A stretch of 64,000 nt of DNA, taken from positions 6,105 through 70,104 of the forward strand of contig JAFGMK010000024.1 in NCBI GenBank assembly GCA_016927565.1, given 5' to 3'. The notes beneath the pieces are model-generated. The model did no database searches and was not told the DNA's origin. It saw only the letters and a program-made list of their open reading frames with translations. Source of the DNA: Minisyncoccota bacterium. GTDB lineage: Bacteria > Patescibacteriota > Microgenomatia > PFEM01 > JAFGMK01. Shown here one piece after another: positions 29,706 through 38,283 of the stretch. The position numbers were made by a program, and so were the translations under genes. Numbering within the stretch: position 1 is the first letter of the stretch; each line of letters starts with the position of its first letter.

Positions 29706-30688
29706 ACCAGCTTCAACTGTCTTCGAATCTGTTCTTTTTCCCCCTCTCTTTCCGAATCCGGCAAGTCACCCGGCAGCTTGTTCATCAAACTCTTAAATCC
29801 CAGTTTCTTAAACAAAGTGAGGGCCTTTTCCCGGTCATAATCAGCCAAGCGGCATTTTTTTAAAATCAGTTTCACCGGCGCCTTAATCGTAATCCGAGCC
29901 AGCTTTTGCGAAAGCAGGGCTGACTCCTTCCCCTCCTTTAGTTTCCGCGCTACCGAAACTGGCAATTTATCCAAATTAAGGTATATATTTTCCAGCGACC
30001 CGAACGACTCAAGCAATCGAACGGCTGTTTTTGGGCCAATCCCGGGAACACCCGGATAATTATCTGAAGAATCACCCATCAAAGCTTTATAATCTACAAT
30101 CTGATCCGGCCAAACCCCAAGTGATTCTTTTACTCCTTCAGCATCAAATAACCGCGCCTCAGAAAACCCCTTGATTGGCGCGTAAACAAGGGTTGAATCG
30201 TTTATTAGTTGAAAAATGTCCCGATCGGCCGTCACAATAATCGTTTCTATTCTGGATTTCGCTCCAGAAGAGGACCTACGCCCACTTCCGGATTGTTTTG
30301 TCGTTTTGCGCTTAAGAACCCTGGCCTGAAAAGCCAAAGTTCCAATTATATCGTCAGCCTCGAACCCGTTTTTTTCAAAAACAGGAAGCGCCAAGGCCGA
30401 CAAAACCTCTCTGATTATTTCAATTTGGTCTTTTAAAGCCTCATCCATTTTCGGCCGCTGGATCTGGTAACCAATAAACTCCCGGTGCCTGAAAGTCGGC
30501 TCCGGCCGATCAAAAGTAACTGCTAAATAAAACGGACCAAGATCCTCAATTACCCGAAGAAGCATCCGGGTAAAACCATAGACAGCATTAACCAGCTGTC
30601 CATGGCGATTAGTAAGACTTTTCGGAAGCGCGTGATAAGCCCGATGAAGAATGGCATGGCCATCAATCAAAACCAGTCTTTTTTTCAT
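29702..30688 (-). CDS. stand-alone 5'-3' exonuclease (PolA N-terminal domain)
   Basis: LIDG...RAYHA, EADD, TADRD, GDSSDN.PGVPGIG; no polymerase domain. Confidence 0.93.
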   Translation of the reverse strand: MKKRLVLIDGHAILHRAYHALPKSLTNRHGQLVNAVYGFTRMLLRVIEDLGPFYLAVTFDRPEPTFRHREFIGYQIQRPKMDEALKDQIEIIREVLSALALPVFEKNGFEADDIIGTLAFQARVLKRKTTKQSGSGRRSSSGAKSRIETIIVTADRDIFQLINDSTLVYAPIKGFSEARLFDAEGVKESLGVWPDQIVDYKALMGDSSDNYPGVPGIGPKTAVRLLESFGSLENIYLNLDKLPVSVARKLKEGKESALLSQKLARITIKAPVKLILKKCRLADYDREKALTLFKKLGFKSLMNKLPGDLPDSEREGEKEQIRRQLKLV

Positions 30689-30707
30689 ATCTTCATTCTA
30701 ACACGCC

Positions 30708-31448
30708 TCAATCGTCTCCGGAACCTGAAGCGACCACTGTCTCGGCTCTTAAAAAGGCCTGCCAAAACTGAAAAGATTCTTGAGATGATAGCGACCGATG
30801 ATCAGTTATCCTTCTTAATCTTATCTCTGCAGCCAGCTTCTTTCTTTCTGACAAGGAAGCACCCCGAGTTTCTTCCTGCATCTTTCTTATCTCTGCGGAA
30901 GCTTCAGGAGGAGTAATCAGCCGATCCTTAGAATAAAACAGGCCTAACTGGCCATCACGAGTAAAATGAGCAGTAACAACTCCCCCGTCACCAAGATATC
31001 TTTCTACCACCAATTCTCCGTTGACATACACCGTTTTTTTCCCTTTTTCTTCTGAAAAAGGCGCCAGAACTGCCGCCAATAACGGATTACTGTTCCTTCT
31101 TTTTGACTCTCTTCTCAACTGACCCAATCTTTCAGGACTTTCAAAAACTTTAATCTGCCATTTTTCTCCCGCCAATTTTAAATTCACTTCCGATCTTAAA
31201 CAGCTCCGTCCCCGGCAACCGATTTTCGGATCAGCCGACAGGGCCGTTTCTATTTTTTTCCCCACCTCATCTGAAGGAAAGACAAATTCCGGGGCTAAAG
31301 CCAATCTCTCCCCAAAAACAATTGCCGGTTCAGAGAAGATTACTAAATAAATACCCCGATCTCTTGCCGCCACTTCTCCAATAAGCTGATCAGGACTTTC
31401 AGTCATTTTATTCCTCAATCGGATTTCTGCCCAATATAACAGACCCAA
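30708..31448 (-). CDS. hypothetical protein
   Basis: 246-aa ORF in operon orientation; no motif. Confidence 0.65.
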   Translation of the reverse strand: MGLLYWAEIRLRNKMTESPDQLIGEVAARDRGIYLVIFSEPAIVFGERLALAPEFVFPSDEVGKKIETALSADPKIGCRGRSCLRSEVNLKLAGEKWQIKVFESPERLGQLRRESKRRNSNPLLAAVLAPFSEEKGKKTVYVNGELVVERYLGDGGVVTAHFTRDGQLGLFYSKDRLITPPEASAEIRKMQEETRGASLSERKKLAAEIRLRRITDHRSLSSQESFQFWQAFLRAETVVASGSGDD

Positions 31449-31505
31449 AGAATGGAACCGTCATTAAAGTTTCACAAATACGACAAGTCTGTTTTACGAA
31501 CATTG

Positions 31506-32123
31506 TTACTTACTCTGGCCAATTACTACCCGAAGTCTCGAAGCCGGTATCTCTTCGGTATGATAATGCGACGGATTCGGCTGCCAGGTATTCCCCGTAA
31601 AATGCGGGAACCTGGGGTCAGTTTTATCAGGCTGGCGCCGGTAATCAACTCTTTTAGCGGCAATCGTCCGACTATAAGGACAAAGAATGAGTTTTACTAC
31701 CGGATCAGCTTCCTTCCCGATCTTTGAAACTTCAACCACCCTCTCCCTTCTTAAAGTATCTGGTTGGTCCAATTCCCCCAGGACTACCTCAACCTCTGTC
31801 GCCATCGCCTGAGCCGTCGGCTTGGCTGGTTTACCAAGACACCCCACCAATGCCATCTCAATCCGCCGATGATCCGAATCAACTGCATTTTTTAAATCTT
31901 CCGGCTGGCCCACCCTTATTACTCGTTCAACCTGATCTAACAAATAACCAGCCATCCCTTCCTCAACCGGTTCGGCCCGCATTCTATCTGCCAGCTCCTT
32001 ATCTTCAGGCCCGATCCGCCGCAAAAGTCTTTCATATTCGCGGCTAGATCTTTTTACTTGCATCCAGGGAAAAAAAACTCCAGTTCCTTTCAATCTATGA
32101 AAAGCTTCCCCGATTGCTTCCAT
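31506..32123 (-). CDS. hypothetical protein
   Basis: 205-aa ORF starting 11 nt after the ftsH stop. Confidence 0.7.
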   Translation of the reverse strand: MEAIGEAFHRLKGTGVFFPWMQVKRSSREYERLLRRIGPEDKELADRMRAEPVEEGMAGYLLDQVERVIRVGQPEDLKNAVDSDHRRIEMALVGCLGKPAKPTAQAMATEVEVVLGELDQPDTLRRERVVEVSKIGKEADPVVKLILCPYSRTIAAKRVDYRRQPDKTDPRFPHFTGNTWQPNPSHYHTEEIPASRLRVVIGQSK

Positions 32124-32133
32124 ATTGTCGAAA

Positions 32134-34080
32134 TTAGTTACTCTTCTTAATTTTAGCCTTTTCCGGCTTCATTATTTTCTCAAATTCTTCTTCCTCAAGC
32201 GTTTCTTTTTTCAGAAGCGCCTCAGCCACTTTATCCAGCTTTTCCCGATTCTGTTTAACAATCTCCAGAGCTTTTTGATAACAATCGCTGATAATTTTCC
32301 TGATCTCCTTATCAACCCCCGCCTGCATCTCAGACGAAAGATGAACCGGTTCAATCCAAGAACGGCCCCACTCGCTGATGTCAATCTGCGGTCCCAAATA
32401 AATCGGTCCCAGCGCGCTCATTCCCAAATTAACCACCATTTGCCGAGCTATGCTGGTAGCTTTATCAATATCCGAGGCCCCTCCGGCTGTAAATTCTTTA
32501 AAAACCACTTCCTCTGCCGCCCGGCCACCCAACAAAGAAGCCACTGTTTCTAAAAGATGAGACTGGGTTTCGTTGTAGCGATCTTTTTTCGGCGGAATCA
32601 TCGTAAAACCCATTGCAATTCCCCGCGAAACGATACTGATCCGATGAACCGGGTCCATATGCGGCAAATTGTAAGTCACCACTGCGTGACCACCCTCATG
32701 ATAAGCCGTCATCTTCCGATCATCCTCCGATTGCAATCTTTTTTTCTCCGGTCCTAACTTGACCTTCAATGCCGCCTCTTCGATATCCTTCATCTCAATC
32801 GCCTTGCGGGCTTCTCTGGCAGCGGAAATAGCCGCTTCATTAAGCATGTTCTCCAAATCAGCCCCGGAAAAACCGACTGTCCTTTTAGCCACTCTTTCCC
32901 AATCCAATCCCTGGACAAAAGGTTTGCCCCGGGCATGAATTCCCAAAATCGCCTGCCGATCTTCAATATCCGGCATATCTAAAACCACCCGGCGGTCAAA
33001 TCGCCCCGGCCGCAAGAGAGCCGGATCAAGCAAATCGCCCCGATTAGTCGCCGCCAAGACAATCACATTGTCATTCGGATTAAAACCGTCCATCTCTACC
33101 AGAATCTGATTTAGGGTTTGTTCCCGCTCATCATGGCCGCCGGCAAAACCGGTTCCCCGTTGGCGACCAATAGCGTCAATTTCATCAATGAAAATAATTG
33201 CAGGAGAAGCCTTTTTTGCATTATTGAACAAATCTCTTACTCGGCTAGCTCCCACCCCAACCAACATCTCCATAAATTCCGAACCTGCCATGGAGAAAAA
33301 AGGCACTCCGGCTTCCCCTGCCACTGCTTTTGCCAATAAAGTCTTACCAGTCCCGCTTGGGCCGACCAAAATTACCCCTTTGGGGGTTCTGGCTCCCAAA
33401 GCTCGATATTTACCCGGCCGCTTCAAAAAATCAACAACTTCTTCAAGTTCTTTTTTAGCTTCTTCGACTCCGGCCACATCTTTAAAAGAAACCGATTGCT
33501 TGCCTTTGGCAAAAAGTTTGGCTTTAGAACGGCCAAAGGAAAAGATGCCCTCCTGGGCTCCCCGAGCTTGTCTGAAAAGCCAGAGAAAAAAAACTGCCAT
33601 CAAGGCCAAAGGCAAAAAGGTACCCAGAATTTCAAGCCAAATCTTGGAAAGTGAAGTATCTTTAATTACCACTCCGACCGCATCAGGATCGATGCCAGCA
33701 TCACGGAATAATTCAGTCAAAGATTGACCCGGTTCTTTCCGGGAAAAAGCAATTTTTTTCTCCCCGTAATCCACTAATAAACGGTCATCCTCAACCGCCA
33801 CCTCTTTTACTTTCTCTGATTTAATATCCGTAATTAACTGCGAAAGGGAAATCTCATCTTCAACCGGCACTGAGGCAAAAGAAAAGAGAAAAGAGGCTCC
33901 GGTGAAAATGATAAAAAGCCAAAGGAAAATCTTTTTCAGGTTTAGCCGGATCTTTACTTCCAGCTGCTTCGGTTTTTTCCTGTTAGCTAAGTTTTTTTTT
34001 GGTTGTTTCACTTTTGGTGCCTCTTTCAACTGGGGTAAAAAAAGCGTTTTTTGATTTTTCATATGGGAGAATTCTAGCAC
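32134..34080 (-). CDS. ftsH: ATP-dependent zinc metalloprotease FtsH
   Basis: Two TMs, [27 protein letters not shown]. Confidence 0.97.
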   Translation of the reverse strand: MLEFSHMKNQKTLFLPQLKEAPKVKQPKKNLANRKKPKQLEVKIRLNLKKIFLWLFIIFTGASFLFSFASVPVEDEISLSQLITDIKSEKVKEVAVEDDRLLVDYGEKKIAFSRKEPGQSLTELFRDAGIDPDAVGVVIKDTSLSKIWLEILGTFLPLALMAVFFLWLFRQARGAQEGIFSFGRSKAKLFAKGKQSVSFKDVAGVEEAKKELEEVVDFLKRPGKYRALGARTPKGVILVGPSGTGKTLLAKAVAGEAGVPFFSMAGSEFMEMLVGVGASRVRDLFNNAKKASPAIIFIDEIDAIGRQRGTGFAGGHDEREQTLNQILVEMDGFNPNDNVIVLAATNRGDLLDPALLRPGRFDRRVVLDMPDIEDRQAILGIHARGKPFVQGLDWERVAKRTVGFSGADLENMLNEAAISAAREARKAIEMKDIEEAALKVKLGPEKKRLQSEDDRKMTAYHEGGHAVVTYNLPHMDPVHRISIVSRGIAMGFTMIPPKKDRYNETQSHLLETVASLLGGRAAEEVVFKEFTAGGASDIDKATSIARQMVVNLGMSALGPIYLGPQIDISEWGRSWIEPVHLSSEMQAGVDKEIRKIISDCYQKALEIVKQNREKLDKVAEALLKKETLEEEEFEKIMKPEKAKIKKSN

Positions 34081-34103
34081 AGATATTAGCTAAACTAAAG
34101 CAG

Positions 34104-35102
34104 TTAAGCCAATCCCATTGCTTTTTTAACCTCTTTTAAGGTTTTCTGTGCCTCGGCCTGAGCAGTTTGGCTGCCTTTTTTAATAATTTCCTCGATTGCC
34201 TCCGGTTGAGATTCGTATTTCCTTCTTCTGGCCCGAATAGGGTCTAAGAACAAGTTCAAGGCCTTGACTAATTTTTCCTTTACCTCAACATCGCCGACCT
34301 GACCTTTCTGATACCTCTGTTTAAGCCTTTCAACTTCTTCCTGATTGTTGTTAAAGGCCTCGTGATAAACAAAAACCGGATTTCCCTCAACGTGGCCCGG
34401 ATCAGTTGGATGAACACGAGTCGGATCAGTGTACATTGCCATTACTTTCCGCCTGACCTCATTAGCATTATCGGAAAGATAAATGCAGTTTCCTACTGAT
34501 TTGCTCATTTTGGTTTGACCGTCAGTCCCCGGTAAAGTCGGCACCTCTCCAATCAAGGCTTCAGGAAAGGGAAAAATTTCACCGTAAAGCAAATTAAAAC
34601 GCTTGGCAATTACCCGCGTAAGTTCAATGTGACTTTCCTGATCTTTGCCCACAGGAACCAAATTTCCCTTAACCATTAAAATATCAGCTGCTTGCAAAAC
34701 CGGATAAGTTAAGAGGCCGAGGGACGGACTCTGAATCTTTAGATCATGCATTACCTCTTTTAAAGTCGGCACCCGCTGACAGCGAGGTACTGAAACCAGC
34801 ATCGAAAATAAAAGTGCCAGATAAGCTACTTCCGGTACGAGTGACTGCTGGTAAATAACCGCCTTTCCGGGATCAATGCCGACCGAAAGATAATCTAAAA
34901 CCAAATCGTGAATATTTTGCTTAACCTTGGCGATTTTCTCCTTCTCAATTCGAGTTGTAAGAACATGAAGATCGGCAATAATAAAAAAGCATTCATATCG
35001 ATCTTGAAGCCTAACCCGATTAGCCAGAGTGCCGACATAATGGCCCAAATGAAGTTTCCCGGTTGGCCGGTCGCCGGTAAGAATTCTTTTTTTAGCTTTC
35101 AT
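34104..35102 (-). CDS. trpS: tryptophan--tRNA ligase
   Basis: TGDRPTGKLHLGH, YPVLQAADI, VPVGKDQ, KMSKS; start placed after AAGGAG. Confidence 0.97.
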   Translation of the reverse strand: MKAKKRILTGDRPTGKLHLGHYVGTLANRVRLQDRYECFFIIADLHVLTTRIEKEKIAKVKQNIHDLVLDYLSVGIDPGKAVIYQQSLVPEVAYLALLFSMLVSVPRCQRVPTLKEVMHDLKIQSPSLGLLTYPVLQAADILMVKGNLVPVGKDQESHIELTRVIAKRFNLLYGEIFPFPEALIGEVPTLPGTDGQTKMSKSVGNCIYLSDNANEVRRKVMAMYTDPTRVHPTDPGHVEGNPVFVYHEAFNNNQEEVERLKQRYQKGQVGDVEVKEKLVKALNLFLDPIRARRRKYESQPEAIEEIIKKGSQTAQAEAQKTLKEVKKAMGLA

Positions 35103-35147
35103 CTTTTCTCCTTTTCTTTTCAATTCTAACATGTTTATTCGCTGATT

Positions 35148-36053
35148 TTAGCCGCCAATCCTGACTCCCAGGCATTGTTCGCATCCGACTCTGAATTGGT
35201 CATAAATCATTCCCAAACCAGACAGAGAAAGGATTTCCTGTTGACGAGCAGTTAATTGGGGCCGCCTCATCTCAGACACATAACCGCGCCCCTTCTTCAC
35301 TCCCTGAATGAATCGATCCGGCGGATTATCAAAAAAAACAACATTTGATCCCGATTCCCCAAAAACAGGCCCCTGACTCCAATCAGTCAAACCAGGATGA
35401 TAAACCAGTTCTTCGCTCCCAATTGCAGCAAACAAACGGGCTATTACCTCTCCAGGATCATTATACCTGATTGTTTCTGGAACATAGGGAATTACCGGAA
35501 TGCCTTTCTGATCCGCCCGCCTTTTAATCGCCACTGTTTGATAATAAGCCTGAATTAATCTTTCTTCCGAAACGGAGCCCCACAAACGCTGCCAAGAATC
35601 AAGCGTTTCCTCCGGCCGCCGCAAAATTGTCACCACTTGCAGCTTGTCTTTTGGATACCCCCGCCTTAATAAAAGATCAACCGGATCAAAATATTCAATG
35701 TCAGTTTCAACTCCCAAAGTCTCCTTAGAAAAAGCCAGTGAATTTTCTTTAATGACCCACTTTACCCGGCCGCCCTCCAGAGACGCCCGGCCCATTGACT
35801 TAAATGGCTGCATATAGGAAAAATGGCCCGTCAGCGCCAAAACATTACTCAGGGCTGTTGTTCCACTTCGGCAAGGGCCCACCACCACCACCAGCAAAGG
35901 CACCTCTCCATCAGGAAGAAAAACATTTTCTAAAAGAGGTTCGTAATTTGTTAAATAGTCATTCGAACAACAACCCTTCAGAATTGAAGCCAGACCAAAC
36001 TTCACTCTGATCCCCGTTTGGTTCAGAGCCTCCAACAACTTCCGATCTTTCAA
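35148..36053 (-). CDS. sulfotransferase-like P-loop protein (5' end uncertain, possibly frameshifted)
   Basis: GPCRSGTTAL (5'-PSB-like) and ILRRP....SW (3'-PB-like); TTG start is weak. Confidence 0.65.
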   Translation of the reverse strand: MKDRKLLEALNQTGIRVKFGLASILKGCCSNDYLTNYEPLLENVFLPDGEVPLLVVVVGPCRSGTTALSNVLALTGHFSYMQPFKSMGRASLEGGRVKWVIKENSLAFSKETLGVETDIEYFDPVDLLLRRGYPKDKLQVVTILRRPEETLDSWQRLWGSVSEERLIQAYYQTVAIKRRADQKGIPVIPYVPETIRYNDPGEVIARLFAAIGSEELVYHPGLTDWSQGPVFGESGSNVVFFDNPPDRFIQGVKKGRGYVSEMRRPQLTARQQEILSLSGLGMIYDQFRVGCEQCLGVRIGG

Positions 36054-36095
36054 CTTCTCGTCTTTCTCTTCCGGTCATATTTTCTTCCTTCTTTT

Positions 36096-36121
36096 ATTTC
36101 GATATATCAATATATCGAAAT
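36096..36121. repeat. palindrome ATTTCGATATA-TCAA-TATATCGAAAT
   Basis: Perfect 11-bp arms; related CGATATATCG sequence at 28639-28658. Confidence 0.75.
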
Positions 36122-36227
36122 CCTAGTGGAAACTATTCACTCACGCACACATTGCGATTCCCCCGCGGGTCCAGCGATATCTGATCTTTCTCCGGCGCCG
36201 TCAGCTTGAAAAAAGCCCGCTGCCACT

Positions 36228-36251
36228 AAAAAACCCGCTGTCAGCGGGTTT
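36228..36251 (-). terminator. attenuator intrinsic terminator (3:4 hairpin)
   Basis: AAACCCGCU-GAC-AGCGGGUUU followed by further U residues on the minus strand. Confidence 0.85.
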
Positions 36252-36299
36252 CTAGTTTCTTTTTATTCAAATTTTATCCATGACCAAACCGCCGACAGC

Positions 36300-36350
36300 T
36301 TATCTGGTATCGGCGGACCACCAAGCAGAATCTTGCTTAAAGTGAGTCAT
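36300..36350 (-). CDS. trpL: Trp attenuator leader peptide MTHFKQDSAWWSADTR
   Basis: 16-codon ORF with TGG-TGG, overlapping hairpin 1:2, upstream of a terminator and trpS. Confidence 0.8.
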   Translation of the reverse strand: MTHFKQDSAWWSADTR

Positions 36351-36359
36351 AATGAACTT

Positions 36360-36387
36360 ATCTTAGCAAATTCTTTGAAAAAGTCAA
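36360..36387 (-). promoter_or_regulatory. sigma70-like promoter of the trp leader
   Basis: TTGACT-N16-TAAGAT with extended TG, ending 9 nt before the leader ATG. Confidence 0.6.
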
Positions 36388-36410
36388 TCCTATTGGCTAT
36401 GATATGATTA

Positions 36411-37139
36411 ATGAAGAAGCTAATTTTAATCTTTCTTGTCATGGGCTTAGCTTCAATTTTGATTAGTTTTTTAAGCTTGCTGCCATTTCCCCGGAAGAGA
36501 ACCATGGTTCCGATTCGCCAAAATCCTAAAGGGCAAACAATTAGCCTCCCTCTCCCCCAACTTGATAGCAGCGTCAGTTTAGAAGAAGCAATCTCTAAAA
36601 GAAGGTCAAAAAGAAACTTCAAAAACGACCGCCTGACTCTTCAACAAGTTAGCCAAATTCTCTGGGCAGCCCAGGGAATAACGGACCAGAAAAATAACCT
36701 TCGCACCGCTCCCTCAGCCGGCGCCCTCTATCCTCTTGATCTTTACCTTGTTGTCGGTGAAGAAAAAGTCACCGGACTAACCGCCGGTGTTTACCACTAT
36801 CTCTCTCAAATACACGAGCTAGAAAGAATCCTTGAAAAAGATCTCCGGGATTCACTCATGAAGGCTTCTTTATTTCAAGTTTATGTTAAAAAAGCCCCGA
36901 TCATTCTAATAATCACCGTTGAATACGAAAGAACCACTCAAAAATACGGCAAACGCGGGGTTCAATATGCCCATATGGAAGCCGGCCACGTCGGCCAAAA
37001 TGTCGCTCTCCAGGTCACCAGTTTAGACCTGGGAACGGTGACGGTCGGCGCTTTCGAGCCGGAAAAAATCAAAAAAATTCTCAACCTACCGACCAACTAC
37101 CAACCTCTCTATGTCATGCCCATCGGCCAAACAGAATAG
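36411..37139 (+). CDS. SagB/ThcOx-family nitroreductase
   Basis: RRSKRNF, RTAPSAGALYP, EAGHVGQN, VGAF; N-terminal TM. Confidence 0.9.
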   Translation: MKKLILIFLVMGLASILISFLSLLPFPRKRTMVPIRQNPKGQTISLPLPQLDSSVSLEEAISKRRSKRNFKNDRLTLQQVSQILWAAQGITDQKNNLRTAPSAGALYPLDLYLVVGEEKVTGLTAGVYHYLSQIHELERILEKDLRDSLMKASLFQVYVKKAPIILIITVEYERTTQKYGKRGVQYAHMEAGHVGQNVALQVTSLDLGTVTVGAFEPEKIKKILNLPTNYQPLYVMPIGQTE

Positions 37140-37165
37140 AAAAGCCTCCTAAAAAGATTGTTACG

Positions 37166-37223
37166 AAAACAAAGATAACGATCGCGGCGGCGGAATCGGG
37201 GAAACTCCGGAATGTCAAAGAAA
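37166..37223 (+). repeat. tRNA-upstream duplicated block, copy 1
   Basis: AAAACAAAGATAACGATC...ATCGGG..A.CTCCGGA.TGT.AAAGAAA shared with 37421-37496. Confidence 0.8.
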
Positions 37224-37250
37224 TTGGGTAAATTACCATGAAACTCATAA

Positions 37251-37279
37251 TTGATTAAGCTCAAAATGTTTGCTAGAAT
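37251..37279 (+). promoter_or_regulatory. sigma70 promoter of the first tRNA
   Basis: TTGATT-N17-TAGAAT. Confidence 0.65.
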
Positions 37280-37289
37280 AACCTTAACT

Positions 37290-37362
37290 TGCGGGGTAGT
37301 GTACGGCGGCACGTGAGGCTCATAATCTCACAGACCGGGTTCAACTCCCGGCCCCGCAACCA
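37290..37362 (+). tRNA. tRNA-Met(CAT), initiator-like
   Basis: Cloverleaf; acceptor TGCGGGG/CCCCGCA-ACCA; CT-CAT-AA loop; CCA encoded. Confidence 0.9.
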
Positions 37363-37397
37363 AACAAAGAGAGCCTCTCCGGCTCTTTTTTGTTTGG
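37363..37397 (+). terminator. intrinsic terminator after the tRNA
   Basis: AGAGCC-TCTCC-GGCTCT followed by a T run. Confidence 0.75.
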
Positions 37398-37420
37398 TTT
37401 GTGTGATCTTGTGAACCGGC

Positions 37421-37496
37421 AAAACAAAGATAACGATCCCGGATCATCTGCAGATTTCTTTTCCGGGATCGGGAAAGCTCCGGATTGTTAAAGAAA
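37421..37496 (+). repeat. tRNA-upstream duplicated block, copy 2, containing the GATCCCGGATC hairpin element
   Basis: CGATCCCGGA...TCCGGGATCG 10-bp inverted repeat at 37434-37471. Confidence 0.85.
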
Positions 37497-37524
37497 GTAA
37501 ATCGTTGCCAATAGCAGTTTTTTC

Positions 37525-37553
37525 TTGTTCAAACCACTTTTGCCTGATATAAT
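37525..37553 (+). promoter_or_regulatory. sigma70 promoter of the second tRNA
   Basis: TTGTTC-N17-TATAAT. Confidence 0.65.
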
Positions 37554-37563
37554 TTCTTCACCG

Positions 37564-37635
37564 GCTAGGGTAGCTCAGGGGTAGAGCAATCGTTTCATAA
37601 GCGATGGGTCGCCGGTTCAAATCCGGCCCCTAGCA
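37564..37635 (+). tRNA. tRNA(CAT), probably elongator Met
   Basis: GCTAGGG/CCCTAGC acceptor, TT-CAT-AA loop, GGTTCAAATCC T arm; no encoded CCA. Confidence 0.92.
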
Positions 37636-37647
37636 CAATAATTACTT

Positions 37648-38010
37648 TTACCAGCCAAAAACCTCCAGCCACTTTTGCCAATTTGGAGTTGGCAACAAGG
37701 CTTCTTCTTCTTGAGTTTGGCCTAGGTCGGGCGGCAAGACAACCACAACCTCACCCTCTTTAGCCATATTAAGTTTGTCTCTCGCCTGTTTTTCAATAAA
37801 AGCCTCAGACTCGACATGTTCTCTTTTCTGAAGCAACTCTTCCTGTTCTGCCTGCAGCCTGGCAAGCTCTTCCTGAGCCCGGCCTACTTCCTTTTCCGCC
37901 CGAAAGAGACGAAAAATATTCCGCAGCAAACCTGAGATCATTAACAAGCCCAAAAATGAAGCCAGAATTAAGCCTAATCTTTTTTTTAAAAAAGACCTTT
38001 TTTGAGGCAT
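37648..38010 (-). CDS. septum formation initiator (FtsB/DivIC-like)
   Basis: TM plus coiled coil plus IEKQARDKLNMAKEGE. Confidence 0.88.
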   Translation of the reverse strand: MPQKRSFLKKRLGLILASFLGLLMISGLLRNIFRLFRAEKEVGRAQEELARLQAEQEELLQKREHVESEAFIEKQARDKLNMAKEGEVVVVLPPDLGQTQEEEALLPTPNWQKWLEVFGW

Positions 38011-38201
38011 AATCACTCCCCCTAAGCATCCTAGCCCGCCGGCCATACCGAAGTCAATCCGACTTAACTGTTCAGACCCTGGGAAAGCTTTGCTTGTCTA
38101 CGCCGAACCACACACTTTAAGGTAAAATAAAAGACACTTCGCAGGAGTGATTTCACTTTTTTTCTCTCCCAAGTCTGAACTCTTATAACCCAACCCCACT
38201 C

Positions 38202-38262
38202 TTGACAATAGGATCTCTGACTGCTATTATAGGGCAGTTTTATAGGATATCTTTATAGGATA
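38202..38262 (+). promoter_or_regulatory. sigma70 promoter of the recombinase with three TTATAGG repeats
   Basis: TTGACA-N17-TATTAT; TTATAGG at 38227, 38240 and 38253. Confidence 0.7.
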
Positions 38263-38283
38263 CCTTCCCGAGGAAATTTTCAA

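Noticed and set aside
29702-30688. Truncated polA pseudogene
   Set aside because: The exonuclease domain is complete with intact acidic motifs and its stop overlaps the next gene's start; stand-alone forms are known.
36120-36300. T-box riboswitch upstream of trpS
   Set aside because: No T-box consensus adjoining the terminator; the TGGTGG lies in a translatable WW leader that explains the structure better.
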